From assembly GCA_000708835.1 (NCBI GenBank), contig DF236999.1:62001-126000 (forward strand): DNA of 64,000 bases, in the 5' to 3' direction. The position numbers and the translations under genes were made by a program. The stretch's first letter is position 1, and each line of letters opens with the position of its first letter. Below are positions 1 through 13,100 of this stretch, one piece after another. The DNA comes from Klebsormidium nitens. Lineage: Eukaryota; Plantae; Klebsormidiophyceae. The notes beneath the pieces are model-generated. The model had not been told where the DNA came from. It was given only the letters and a program-made list of their open reading frames with translations, and did no database searches.

Positions 1-206
1 TGACACCACGTTGATGCAGAAAGTTCTATGCGACAGCAGAAAGGTGTTGCCCTGACACTTGCAGATTGACAGTAACAGGCCATGCTTGCAAACACCTACT
101 TCGCAGCTCACAAACCCACGTTAGGTATGTCCTGGTCATGGTCCAACCGTGAGAGAATGCAGTGTGCCCAGGAAAAGGTGCTGCTTGCACCAGGTAAGAT
201 ACTCAC

Positions 207-848
207 ATCTTCCAAGTCGTCCATGTCCACTTCATCAAATTTCAGGGAGTTGTCGCCCTTGCCTTGGGCCAGAAGTTCCTGCAAGAGTGGTGTGAGATCA
301 TTGCCTGTCCAAATTGTTCGGCAGGTTTTCAATGTCGGAGTTTCGCAGACTGTTTTTCTGCTGGGCTGCTGATGGTTACAGGCAGTACTGCCATCAGAAC
401 GAGGTTCTACGGGAGCAGAGAGGAATGGGCGGCCATGCAAGCTGAAGAGCTATTTTAGCAGCTCAAAACAAGAGGTGCCACCAGAATATACGGCCTTTTT
501 GAAAGCAGCCTTTGCGAACTGGCCTCGTCAGGTGTAATCCAAAACTGTCAAGCAGCGACTTGGCTTGTCTAATGAGTGCAAGAGACAAGCTGCACCACCC
601 TATCTTAGACCACAAGTTGAGTTTCATCCTGTATCCCATAAGCCCAAAAAAGCATTATTTCTGAGGCAAGGTTGCCTTTTAAAAGTCCTGAAGTTTCTTT
701 CCACAAAGACGGGCACTAAGGCTTGATGCCTGGAGCCTCCAGACTTTTGACTAGCCTGCCTCACCTTCTTGTAGTCCCTGGCAGCTGCCTGCAGAGCGGT
801 GCCAAACGCCATGTCAGACATGGTCCCCCGGAACTTGTCCGGATCCAT
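207..848 (-). CDS. PLP3: Phosducin-like protein 3 / thioredoxin domain-containing protein 9; first two coding exons only, gene continues left of the window
   Basis: Exons 848-765 (MDPDKFRGTMSDMAFGTALQAAARDYKK, donor GTGAGG) and 278-207 (ELLAQGKGDNSLKFDEVDMDDLED, acceptor TTGCAG, donor GTGAGT) join in phase 0. The peptide matches the plant PLP3 N-terminus as I recall it (MDPD..KSTLSNLAFG..LAAAARDYKKE.LA..K....EEVDLDEL.DD). An alternative in-frame ATG lies at 863. Confidence 0.85.
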
Positions 849-1069
849 GTTGTGATTTGCCATGTTGCAAATCGAATCCACTTAGCGGGGATAGCGGATT
901 GTTGAGCTAGATCTAGATAATACGGATGACAAGACACAAGGTTCCAAGGAAGGACAGTATTCTCTGATATTGATCTGATCGCGCCCTCAACATCCCTTGT
1001 GCAAGCTGGAAGAGAAGAAAACTGAATGGCAACTTGAAGAACGAAGCTGAAGCCTCATCCAGGCAATTC

Positions 1070-1120
1070 TAGGGTTTGCTGAGTGCTCCTTCAAGTTCCA
1101 AGTTCCAAGTCAAAACCCTA
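1070..1120. promoter_or_regulatory. Two oppositely oriented telo-boxes in the PLP3/RGLG divergent promoter
   Basis: TAGGGTTT at 1070-1077 and AAACCCTA at 1113-1120, between the two ATGs (848 and 1676). Confidence 0.45.
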
Positions 1121-1675
1121 GCTATTGCGAAGCGTGTGGCGCGCCGCCGCAACCCTAAATTCCAAAACGTAAAGCGCCCCGCACCACTCACATCATACGC
1201 GAAATTGCGTGATCCCCCACCGCCCTTCCAGGCAACCTGCAAAATGCAGTCCATCTTAGACTCGTTACCTGCTGTGGCAGTGCATGCATATTTGGCCCAT
1301 TATGATTGTGGGTTTGTTCACTACCTAGCTAGTTTAGCAGCGGCGCCCTTCTTTTGCTAAGAAGAGCTTCCCTTCCACTTGAGGGATCCCCACTTTCTTC
1401 TTTGCCACTTGAAGGGCGAACTTTCTTCACAGTCTAAGTGCCTCCTTAGCACGCCAAGAATTTGAGCCCTGTGGTGAAGTGGAGGTGCATCATCCTGTTA
1501 TTTGTAGGGGGTGCCAGTCAGCCAAGGCAACTCTCAGCTCTTGCAAAGGCTGTACTAAAAAGGGTCTTGGAGTCGCTTTGCTCTTCTGAGAAAGTAGTCG
1601 GCTACGCGATTGTCTTTGGCAACATAATACAGTAGGTACCTCAGAACTTGAGAGTTTTGGAAGTTGAAACATATT

Positions 1676-4600
1676 ATGGGGCAGGACAGCTCCAAAAGCA
1701 GCCGCAGCCGGCGCTACTCTGAAGGCGGCGGTAGTGCCTCTGCCTCAGGCACAGGGCGGAATATGCAGAGGACGTTCTCCAAGAAATACAGCATTATTCC
1801 AGACAGATACAAGACACTAGAACAGGTAAGAACTTTTTGCCGGATGGTCCATGACAATTCTGTTTGCTCTCTAAGTTCATCCTTCATCTGTGTCTTTGAA
1901 ACGCTCTTCGGTAGACATCTGTGGTGATTGTTAAAATGACCTCGAAGCTCATTCTAAAAAGGGTAAAGCGTGCGCGTTTGATGACATTTTCTGGGGGCGC
2001 AGATGCACCCGTGTTCACTGCGATTGTTTAGTTGCCGTGCTGAGCGACTGCATAGGACCTGTATAATGAACATCTGCTGCCAGCAAACTGGACTCTAAAT
2101 TGCAAAAGGAAAGTGTACGGTTGGAAAGAGGTTGTATGCTTTAAATTGGAGATGCCTGGGACAGCGCCCGATAGTCCACTTTCTGATTGCGATTGCATTC
2201 TGTTGAGGGCTGGTTGAGTACATGGTGTGGCATCGATGTTGCCGCTAAAGGCTTTTCCAAATGCCGCTTGTGAAAAGGTAGAATATTTGCATTTGGTAAG
2301 TCCAGGCAATGTTTGCAAGCTGCGCCTGCCATTAAAGTGTTGTTGTCTTTGGCCACCTGCAGGTGCAGCAGTCACTGAGGGACGCTGGCCTAGAGTCCAG
2401 CAATCTCATCGTTGGAATAGATCTTACCAAGAGCAATGAATGGACAGGTGAGTAGCCCTTTCCACTTACTTCATCTTGCTTCATGTTGCAGTGGATCGCT
2501 CACTCAAATCAGCAGTGTCGATCATAAATGTGCTCCGGTTCTTTATGACAATCTCTTTTAGCATCATTTATTGCTCAGATGCTCAGCTAGTTTCTATCAG
2601 CCCGTTCGGCCAATTTGGAGACAGAGAGCTGTGTCTCTGTTCGCTCTGATTTTAGTTGTTGTTATTTTTAACAGGGAAAGTCTCCTTCCAAGGCCGCAGC
2701 TTGCACGCGCTGAGCAACACCCCCAACCCGTATGAGCAGGCGTCCTCAATCATTGGCAGAACGCTTGCGGACTTTGATGATGACAACCTCATACCTTGCT
2801 ATGGGTTTGGAGACGGTGAGGCTGCACTGTAGCAAAGCGCACTCCTCTTCAAGTGCATTTGAAGAGCTAGTCCTACATGGTGATTGTCCAGGCTTTCTTC
2901 CTCACATCCTTTATAGATTTTGTTCCATCTGTTTTAAGATCTGAATACCGCTCTTCACTGATGGCCCAAGCACTGCGCCTGATGAGCGTTTTGAATTTCC
3001 ACCCTCTTTGCTTTCAGCAGGGTTTTCTTTGTTTTCTGTTTATGCCGATCCAAGTATGTCCACTGTCTTCTTACAGGTACGACGCACGATCAGCGCGTCT
3101 TTAGCTTCTTCCCTGACGACAGGCCATGCAACGGTTTTGAGGAGGCCCTGGCCCGATACAGGGCGATCATACCTCATGTCAAGCTGGCAGGTGAAGCCCC
3201 TTCTGCATTCGCTGGTCTGCTTCTCTAACATGCCCCGCGTCTACTACCTGGGTTGATTGCGTTGAGTCCTGCTTGTGGCATCAGCAATCCTTTTTTAGTC
3301 TGTCAGTGAAGCCGTCCTGGCGGCTTACCTCACCTAGGTTGAGGACATTGAAGCCTACTTCATTTGGACTGGCATTGAAGATTGTTAGGCTCCTCAAATC
3401 TTTGGCGTTTGGGTGCAGGCCCGACCTCATTTGCTCCTATCATTGACCGTGCGGTCAGCATCGTTGAAGCGTCGGGGGGACAATATCACATTCTGCTCAT
3501 CATAGCAGACGGGCAGGTGAGTTCTATTTCAAATTTGACTTTACCAATCGTTTTTAAGGACGTTTGCAAGAAAATTATTGAGAGCTTTCTTCTTCCTGAC
3601 GGTGGTCCCGAACAAGGATTGTTGCTTTATGGAGGGGCACTAAAGGAAACGACGCTGAGAGTTTGCTGAGGCGCAACGATTCGCACACAGAGTTAAAGCA
3701 TTTAGCGTACGTAGAGCAGTTTCGAGAACTACTCCACTTGTGTGCAGGAACACCCAGACCGCCAAAAAGTAGGTTTTGGTGCATGGTCGACTTGGCAGTA
3801 CATTCCTCTTTATCGCAACTCCCTCCGCTCCATTAAGTGCTTCTTCGTCGCTCCGTGGACCCCCAATTGCCTGCGCTCAGCTTCCTTTTCCCGCCTCCCA
3901 TTGGTCGACCGTTCGCACCAACATTTTTTTCCCCGGGGGTACTTACACCCTACATCTGCCCACGCCCCCGCTCAGGTGACGCGCAGCGTGGACATGCCCC
4001 CCAACGAGCTGAGCCCCCAGGAGCGCGCCACCGTCAACTCCATCGTGGAGGCGAGCAACTACCCGCTCAGTATCGTGCTTGTGGGCGTGGGGGACGGCCC
4101 CTGGGACATGATGCGCGAGTTCGACGACAATTTGCCGCAGCGCCGCTTCGACAACTTCCAGTTCGTGGAGTTCAACCGCGTGATGGCCAAGAGCGTGGAT
4201 CCGTTCGTGCGCGAAGCGCAGTTTGCGTTGGCGGCCCTGATGGAAATTCCGTCGCAGTACAAGGCTGCGCTGGAGCTCGGGTTGCTCAAGTGAGGACGGA
4301 AGCGAGCTCTATGAGTCTTCTTCTGGACTTTGTGCGGGATTGATGAGGGAGTCCTAGTCCTTGGGCCACGGTTGCATCTTGTAGAATTGAGGGCGTGGCC
4401 CCGTCGGTAAAACTTTCCGGACAACCATGAACTCTGCTAAGGAAGCTGTTTGAAAAAGTTTTCAACTTGAAAGGTTTCCCAAAACGAGAGGTGTAATGCA
4501 AGTGTTTCGCTAGTCGGCTCCTCCTCTAGTAACGCAAGGTGAGCAGGTTTTGCGGTGGGGTTGGGAGTGCCATTCCACTCCGTCTCCGTCTTTCAGACAA

Positions 4601-5683
4601 GGAATTGTCTTCTCCCAGGATCTCTAAAAGCGTTTGGTCGCTCTGAGAGATCGATGCTGGTCAACGAAGTACTCCTCCGCCGACCCATTTTTGCACGGTC
4701 TATCCTGGTCGAGCTCCGAGCTAGTGGTCTCATCCCACGTCACCGCATCCTTTTCCTGACGCGCCTTCTTCTGGTGCAGCCAACGGACGGGCAGAACGCC
4801 CCCGGCTCAGGCCCTCCCCCCCCCGCCCGCTGTCCTTCGAGCGGACTCTCAGCAGGGCCCACCGACCCCCCCGGGACTGAGCGGATTTCCCCCGGTCAAT
4901 GCTTACGCGCAAGCAGCCCCGTCGGCGCCTCCAGCGAGGACGCCCCAGGAGGCGGCGGAACAAAATGTGAGCACACAGAAGGTCTGGCGGTAGAGAACAT
5001 CTATGTGCTGTGGCTTCTGCGTTGTACTACCAATGTGACATTCTTTGCTTAAGCATCGTTTGATGTCGAGCGGGGTTCTCCGGGAGCGGGGGATAACGTG
5101 CGATATTCATGCGCCTGGCTGCCTCCAGACCATCTGGTTTTGTAGTCTGAACGTCGCTCGCAACCCGGCGAACCGCTTGTGTGGGGCCTGATTAGTGGGC
5201 TCCGCTTTGCAGCTGTGTCCGATCTGCTTGACCGAGAGCAAGAACATGGCCTTCCAGTGCGGGCATCAGGTAAGCGCCGGCACGTCCCACGTCACCCGCC
5301 GCTTCCTCATCATCTTGTTGAAGGGCGACACATAGAGTATCGCATGTGGTAAGGCGGGCAAACACCGCTGCGATACTGCGTTTGCCGTTGCTCGCCACTT
5401 GATTTTAAAACCACGAATGGCCAGGGTTTGGGAAAGTTCTCCTGTAAACTGCCCCGGTATCCCCTGAAATTCTGAATCTTGCCAAAGCTTATGACCTGAA
5501 CTTCGTACTGCCACTTGCATGCGAAGTGTCACTCGAGCACAACTTCTAGCTCGGCTGTCTGTTGAATTTGCGGCCTGACGCTTCCCTGTATTTTTGCTGC
5601 AGACCTGTCGCAACTGCGGCGACACCTTGCAGAATTGCCCGATGTGTCGGGAGACCATCCGGACTAGGATACGACTCTTCTAA
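1676..5683 (+). CDS. RGLG: RGLG-type E3 ubiquitin ligase (N-myristoylation motif, copine/vWA domain, C-terminal RING), 9 exons
   Basis: Exons 1676-1825, 2363-2447, 2675-2815, 3077-3190, 3419-3516, 3976-4289, 4780-4966, 5213-5269, 5603-5683, all GT-AG and in frame. Motifs: MGQDSS, ESSNLIVGIDLTKSNEWTG, GPTSFAPIID, QYHILLIIADGQVTRS, SNYPLSIVLVGVGDGPWD, RRFDNFQFV, a Pro-rich linker, and RING CPICLTESKNMAFQCGHQTCRNCGDTLQNCPMCRETIRTRIRLF*. Confidence 0.95.
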
Positions 5684-7109
5684 ACGTACGATGATGGGGG
5701 CCTGTAAATATGAATAGGTGGTCATGCGTTATACAGTCACACGACGTTGCTGACGTTGCTGCGCGGATAGCAATGCTTTTTGGACCGAGCTCGTAAAGAT
5801 GAAGTTCGATAGATCGAGGTGGTGTAGACAGAGAAATCAGGTAGCCAAATCACTACAGGTGACTCCATCAGGCAAAATGCTTGTCAGTCACTGCTCGATA
5901 TATAAAGTGCAAAGTAGAGTCAAGGATAGGGGTCAAGCTATGAGAGTTCGTTGGTCAATCTCAAACAAGTGCTACAGCGTGGGGGGTGAGTGTGAAGCGC
6001 ACCCAAGCCGTTGATATCTCCTTCGTGAGGACTTGGTTGCAACTTCTTCATGCAGAAATTGAGAATTGAGCAACCCGTCCGAGGATTTCTTTACTAGCTA
6101 GACCACATTGGCTCTGTGTATACGTTTACTCGAGTCCGACCACTGAAAGGCCGGTAAGTTGTGGGCCATCATGTAGCAGTAACGCGAGAGAAGTCATGGC
6201 CCATGAGAACGGCCGCCTGGCCTAAGTCATGTCGCGCCGGGAGGTGTCACTCAGTGCAGTCAAATGTGCCAAGATACTTGCAATATTATGCACTGTGCAC
6301 TTATACTTTATCAAGCGAGCGCCGCAAAGTTACTTATCTGATTTTTGATTGCAAGCTGAAGGATCCAAGCTGCAGATGCCGTCATTTATAAGTGACTGCA
6401 ATTATCAGCTTCTAATCTAAAATCAACTCAAAATTGCTTTTAGATTAGAAACGTCCATATCACGATCGAACTAGGTTACGTCAGATCATTCAAATCCTGC
6501 GCGTACTGTAAGCCATCGCGATCAGAGAACACGTACCTAGATCGGACTGCATCATTACGCGGGCCTGGCGCCTGCCGGCCCGCCGTATACGTGTACTTGC
6601 AAGATTCAAGCGTCCAACTTCTCTTCCAATATGCATGTTCAATTATGATCCAACAGGCTTCCACCAATGCGCAGAGCTGAGCTGAGTCGATCGATCCGCC
6701 GCTCGCCCAACTCATGACATGCATGAGTCCAACACGCGATCGAATGCCTGCCGCGTGCCGCCATGAGTATGGGTGCCAAGACATGCAACAATCGCCCCTG
6801 CCACTCTACCGCAGCCCGTCATCATGCCGGATCGAACATGTGGGTGGCGCACATGGCGCGGTTGCAGGTCGGAACCTTCCGACTGATCGACACTGATTAT
6901 CATAGTGGATTGATGGATGTATGCGAGCTTTGATTGTTGCCAAAGCTCGAATTAAACTTCTGAGGGCCACAGGATATCTGTTTTGATCAAGAGAGCCTCT
7001 CAGTAAACCCTACTTCAGAGTATGACTACTTTCGAAATATGGACTACGTCGATCTTCTTAAAGTCTTGACTCCTGTTACGCCTGAGCAAAATACTGACCA
7101 CTAAAACAA

Positions 7110-10100
7110 TCAAAAAACTAACGCTACCAGGCCAGCAATGACCACGAAGATACTGGCACTTGCAATGAAGCTTTTTGTCGCGCCAGATGCCGGTGCCGCT
7201 GGCGGCGGGGCTACCTGCTGATTCGTTCCGTTGCGAACAGGTCCGGTCGTCAAAAATCCAGCGGGTGATGGTGCCGGGGCCAGCGCAAGAAGCGAGCTGG
7301 CAATCTGAGGGTCGACGCCCAGGGTGAGATTCTTGAACGGGTTGGCGACTAGGGATGGAGGACATGAGCTGTCGGCGGAGCACGTGAAGAAGTTGTTGTC
7401 GTACCTGCCGTGGCGAGAAAGCGGAAGAAATTATCTGAACTGGGACCGACAATGGATAAGCGCCGCAATCACGAGACGTGCACGAGACTGAACGTACCAG
7501 ATCTTGACCGAGGCGGATAACTGCTTTAGTGCGCGGTGAAGAAACAACTTCGAATCCTTTCCGTGTCTTTAACGAGCGCGAAGTCTTTGAACCCTACGCG
7601 CACTTCACACGAATGTCTGACATAAACCATTCAGAGTACTTTGAGGATCGGAGCTCTTTTCAACTGACTCTGAACTGTGCAGGGACTTGTGACACGTACC
7701 AGAGGTGGAGATCAGGGTATCTGACACGATCGAACAAACAGCTGTTTGTGAGGTTCCCCGTCAGCCGATTGTTCGAGATGTCGAGAGCCTTCATGTTCTT
7801 GAGCCCGTTGCATATAGTGCTCGGAACCTCTCCCGTGAAGTTGTTGTATCCCAAGCCTCTGCAAGAAGCACCGCTTTCATTGTGTTAGACTCTCATCTCT
7901 CTTCTTTAAAAGCCGCACACGGACAACTCGAACCGCTCTTCTGAAGTCGATTCTTTGGAAACGAAGCTTATGTAACACGCGGAAATTGGTTCCTGAACTT
8001 CTGAAAGCGAAGCATCGGGAAACGAATGATGAGAAAGTTTCATGTTTCTTCCCATGTCCTGAGAAGTGTGTGCTCAAGCGCAACTCCTTTGCTCTAGGTA
8101 ACTGAATTAGAAAGCTGGGGTTTTTAAGGAACAGTACGTACAGTATCTCCAATCTCGAAAGGTTTCCCAGCTCGAGGGGCAATGTGCCTGACAGCTGATT
8201 GTTGTCCAGGTTGAGGAAAGTCAGGTCGAGAGTGGTGAGGCAGACTGGTAAAGGCCCCCCAAACGAGTTGTCACTCAGATCCCTGAGAAATAGAGATCGA
8301 ACGGAGACTGCATTTAGAACGAAATTGGATCTGGGGCAATCAAAAGCTTCTGGCGGCTTACTCGGGTTTGATCTGACCAGAGATCGAGAGCAGCAAACTG
8401 ACGACGAAGTCCAGAGTCGGTCTCCTTTGAAAATGGAAAAACTTCCCAGTCATCGGATAGCAATTTATGAAGCTGCAAGGTCGGACCGTGTGATTGCAGG
8501 GGCTAGAAAAAATTCTGAGATGTAGAACTCACAACTGTTGGAGATTCGATCCATTACATCCCGTTGGAAGGTCTCCAGAAAGCCGGTTTATCCCTAAGTC
8601 GCTGCATCGAAAGACACTTCGTTTTTGAGATCGATCAAAAAGACTCTAATAAATCATGTAAATGCCAAAGCGCAAATAAGTATCTCTGAGCAGTGACAAT
8701 AAGAGACGCTTCGTCTAAGAGGGCACACTATTAACTAACCTGTCAGCTAAAGTTTGACTGATGACCACTCACAGCGCTCTGATGGACGGGCCCTGGAATA
8801 TGGAGAGTGGCACGCTGCCGGTGAACGAATTCCCGTTCAGTGAGATCTCCTGAAGCGCGGTCATATTCTTGAAGAAGCTGGGGACTGCGCCTCCAAGCTG
8901 ATTGCCTCCGAGATTGCTGTAAGGACGAAGGGAAACGTTTTGAACTTTTCCCTTTTGACTTTCCGCTTTTGCAGTACCATTTGATATGAGAGTGTACAAT
9001 ACCAGAACTTAGTTTCTCTGCGCAAGCCGACCTCAGAGAATGATTCCGAGTACAATCCTATTGAAGCATAACGACATGCTCTGATGAAACCTGTGCACGA
9101 GACTTCTGAGCCGAGAGAAGAGTGGAAACGTCATTTCCCCGCCCGATTTTTGTAAGTCGACAGATGGATCAGGTAATCACTGCGTGTTCGCCGCGGTTGT
9201 CAAAACTTACATGCTTTGAAGATTCCTCATGTTGGTGAAGGAAGTGGGCACGGGTCCAGTGAGCTTGTTGTTTGAGAGATCGAGATGAAGCAGTCTATTT
9301 AGATATGCGAGCTGGTCCGGGACTGGGCCTGAAAGCTTGTTCTGGCTGAGATCCAAGTGCTGCAGGGCCTGAAGGTTGCTCAGAGAAGCGGGAATCCCGA
9401 TCGGACTAGTGGTATTGAGGCTTCCGTTCTCATCTACCGCCCCAAGAGAGTTCTGGCTAAGGTCCAAAAGCACCAAACTGTTGAGCTTGCTGAGATCCGG
9501 AATCGACCCCAATAGACGGTTGTTCTGCAGTTGCCTGTCGGAAAGAGGTGGGAGACGTTGTGATGAAACGCTTCGAAGGTGATAATCCAAAGGGACAAAC
9601 AATGACAAATTGTCTTACTGAAAGCAGAAATATTCTTTCTAATTCACTGAAATACGTGCCCTCGCAGCTAGCGATAGTGAATTAGGCAGAGCCTGCTCCA
9701 TAAGAACGGGATGGAGAAAGATTCTAGATCATGTCACGTGTCGGCTTTAATTCTCGTATTTCGTACTACTTTCAGTGATGCATCTCAACCGAGATACTTA
9801 CAGACTTGTGACCTTTGGGCCAATGTCAGCGATGGTCGCTGGGATGGGACCAGTGAGCAGATTGATTTGCAGTTGGCTGCAGAAAGGCAGAGGAAGAATC
9901 TGAGGAACAATCTGAATGCAGATCAGCACAGTTGGTTCGAAGGGGTCAAAAGGCGCTGTGTTTCAAAAGTGCGATTGAACAAAGATCTTGTCTGAAAATG
10001 TCGAAGTTTCCAGGGCAAACTTTCAAGACCTTCAGAAGCTTATTTCAAATCTGAAATAGCTCGAGATCAACTTACACGTCACGCAACGTCTTCATGTTGC

Positions 10101-13100
10101 CAATCTGGTCAGGAATCACTCCAGTGAGTCGGTTGATCTGCAGCTGCCTGCAAAATAGACGATGAAAAGAGCGTCCGAACGCTGCAAAGACTCGTGCCCC
10201 TTACTTAGTACTGAGGGCGAATCTTATCATAGACGATGTCTCCCGGCCAATCTATTTTCGAGGAGAAACAACTCGCTCGTGACACGTACTTCGATAAGCC
10301 CGAACTCGATTACTAGGTAAAACGTGACAGCACCTTTGAAACTGGACATTGTTTGTGAACATAGCGCACTTACAGTGTCTGTAGTGCAGGCAACGTTGTA
10401 AGAGAAACAGGGATGGGCCCGCTGAGGTAGTTGCTGTTTAGGTTCAATGCCTTGAGTTGATAGAGATGCGACAGCTCGTCAGGAATGCTTCCTGTAAGTT
10501 GGTTTGACGAGAGATTCCTGCGTGCAGGGAAAAGGATCGACATGTTGAGAGGTCTTTTGAGATCTCATGAGGACAAGACCGTTGGTGCGTGATCATGAGG
10601 TCGAGGAACAGGACGCACTTGAAAATGTGTATCACGAATTGCGAACACTATTTGCGGTTGCCGAAGGGATGGCACTTTCTAGCCGTTTTGGAGTACTTAC
10701 AGGGCTTGTAGTTGTGAGATTCTTTCAAGCTGGGGTGGAATGTTGCCCGTCCAGAGGTTTGTCGAGAGATCTCTGCAAGGTACATGAAATAATCTCAGAA
10801 ATTGTAGTGATCAGGTGGATGACTGCTTTTCTCTATCAGAGGCAAAGCAGGGTTAGGTAAGGAATTGTAGCTGTAACATCGCCCTTTCTTTAAGGTTTAT
10901 TGCGCAGTTCTCCTTACATTCAATTCAAAAGCCCGCATCTGAGACAACGTCTTTCCGAATCGATTCTTTTTGACATTTGAATTGAGCAAGAAACGCTCAC
11001 AGTTGCACCAGACTGGTCAGATTCCCAATGTTCTTGTTAATGCACCAGCTGTCGGTTCGGTGGTTTGGATATGCTGCGAGGTCAGCAGACGAAGGTGCTG
11101 TGCAGCTCGCTTCATTTCCAAGCTGGTTGTTATTCAGCAGCCTGCAAGAACTTAAAGTCAAATTGACGTATGCAAGGGTTTAGCTATGGATTGGAGATGA
11201 CGTGAAAAAGAGATCACTTCAGACACTTCTGAAAGCATTGAACGAATATGGGGTTCTACTATACTCTGATAACATATGAACCATTTGTGACAAGCCCTAG
11301 AGACTGGCTCACGCAGAAGTCCAGTGGATACAGCTAGGGAGTTGGTCCATCAATGAAAAGCTGAAAGGTAGCCTCGAGAATACTTACAGGCTTTGGAGGT
11401 TTGGAAGTCTGGCCAACGTGTCAGGAATGCCTCCATAAAGGCCACAATTTGACATATCCCTGCAACGAAGGTTGACATGGAGTTGGCCTTCAGCGTACGA
11501 ATCGTAGCTAAGAATCGAAGGAACATTTTGGGTCGGGAAAAACTCTCGAGAATGCAGATTCCATCCAGCTCCTTCCAAGGCGATCATGGAAAAGCTCAAG
11601 TATCAACGTGCAGAGAGGACCGTAAGAAATAGAGATGAATCTCGTTTCTGACGTTCTAAGGACGTTGAGTCTCACAAGTCGGTCAGGGCCGTGAATGAGC
11701 CGTCCAAGAACGATGGAATGCCTTGACCCCCAAGCGGATTGTTTGAAAGAGTGCTGCAAGAGAACGACAGAATGAGTTATCTCCTCTTCAGTGCCAAGAC
11801 AGAGCCTGAAGCGCTGGACCCTGTCGCTGAATCGCTTCGACTTTAGCAAAGGTGGTCATCGAGCCTATCAGGCATGTCTTCAGGAACAACAACAACACCT
11901 TGAAGAGTCAGTCAGCTCACTGGTTCATCAAGATTTAGCGGCAATCATCGAGTAGCATTTCTCACAGAGTTTTCAGCTTCTTGAGGGCGCTTAGTTCGTT
12001 GGCAATCCCGTTGAAACCGTTGTTTGCCGCGTTGATCGAAGTTAGAGACGGCAGAAGGGCCAAAGATTTTGGAATCGTCCCAGAAAGTGAATTGTTGTCC
12101 AGGATCCTGCAGTTCGGAGATTGGTTGTCTCTTAATGCATCACGTTTGCATCACGCTCGCATGACAGTCGAGGGGGATTGCCAAGATACCGCTTGATCAT
12201 GAGTGCATTGCTCTGGAGTAACGTGCAGAAGTACATTAGAAACTTGGATTTAATAGGAAAACTCTCACAGCATATTCCCTCGAATATTCACAGCCTCGTC
12301 TAGGAGGTTGCATACAGTGGCCTGGTCAATTGGAACCTTTGCCTCTCGACCGGTTGACTCAGCTCTTTAGACGACGACACCCTTCCAAGTAAACACTGGA
12401 GGCCTTTGAAAGGGGTACTCACAAGCTTTGCAACTGAGACAATCGACTGAAGTTTACGCTGGTCAGATCCCCAGCAAAACGGTTCCCACCAATCTTCCTG
12501 CAAAACACAGCACAAAGATACATTAACTTCGAGGAAAGCGCAATTGAGAATATTCTGAACAGCTTGAGTATTGTTAAGAAAAGCTACGCAGTAAGATATG
12601 ATGCACTAGAAGGGCTGTGCTAATACCTCGGCCCATCTGCCCAAATCTCTTTCCGAAAACGAGATGAACGATGTCGATGCAAATGTGCATGGCGCATGCT
12701 GACAAGCACCGAAGCCAAGCTTACAGAGTGACAAGGTTCGTCAGGCTCGTTATGTCTGTGGGAAACGGCGCGGCGATGTTCAGGTTCGTTAGATCTCTGC
12801 AAGATGAAATAGCAAAGCATAAGCAAGAGGCTCATCGTGAGTTGGATGTCTGTAGACAAGTATCGTTTTTACATGCAAGTTCGGCGTTGTTGCAATAAGC
12901 TCGATGGATGCTTTTTAGATAAGGGTCAGACAGGAGATATTTTGTTCTGCTCCTCTTGAGTTTCACGGTCATCTGACATAAAAGCAAATCTTTTATAAAC
13001 GGACATCAGCTTCGAGGTTCACTCACAAGGTCACGACGACTGCGTAATTGGTCGCATCCTTGTTGCTGACGGGGTTTGATTGTGACCAATCACATGTGAT

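Noticed and set aside
4287-4293. ORF-track stop after ...ELGLLK suggesting a RING-less RGLG
   Set aside because: The stop overlaps a normal donor (AA|GTGAGG) and downstream exons supply a complete RING in frame. There is no sequence evidence for intron retention.
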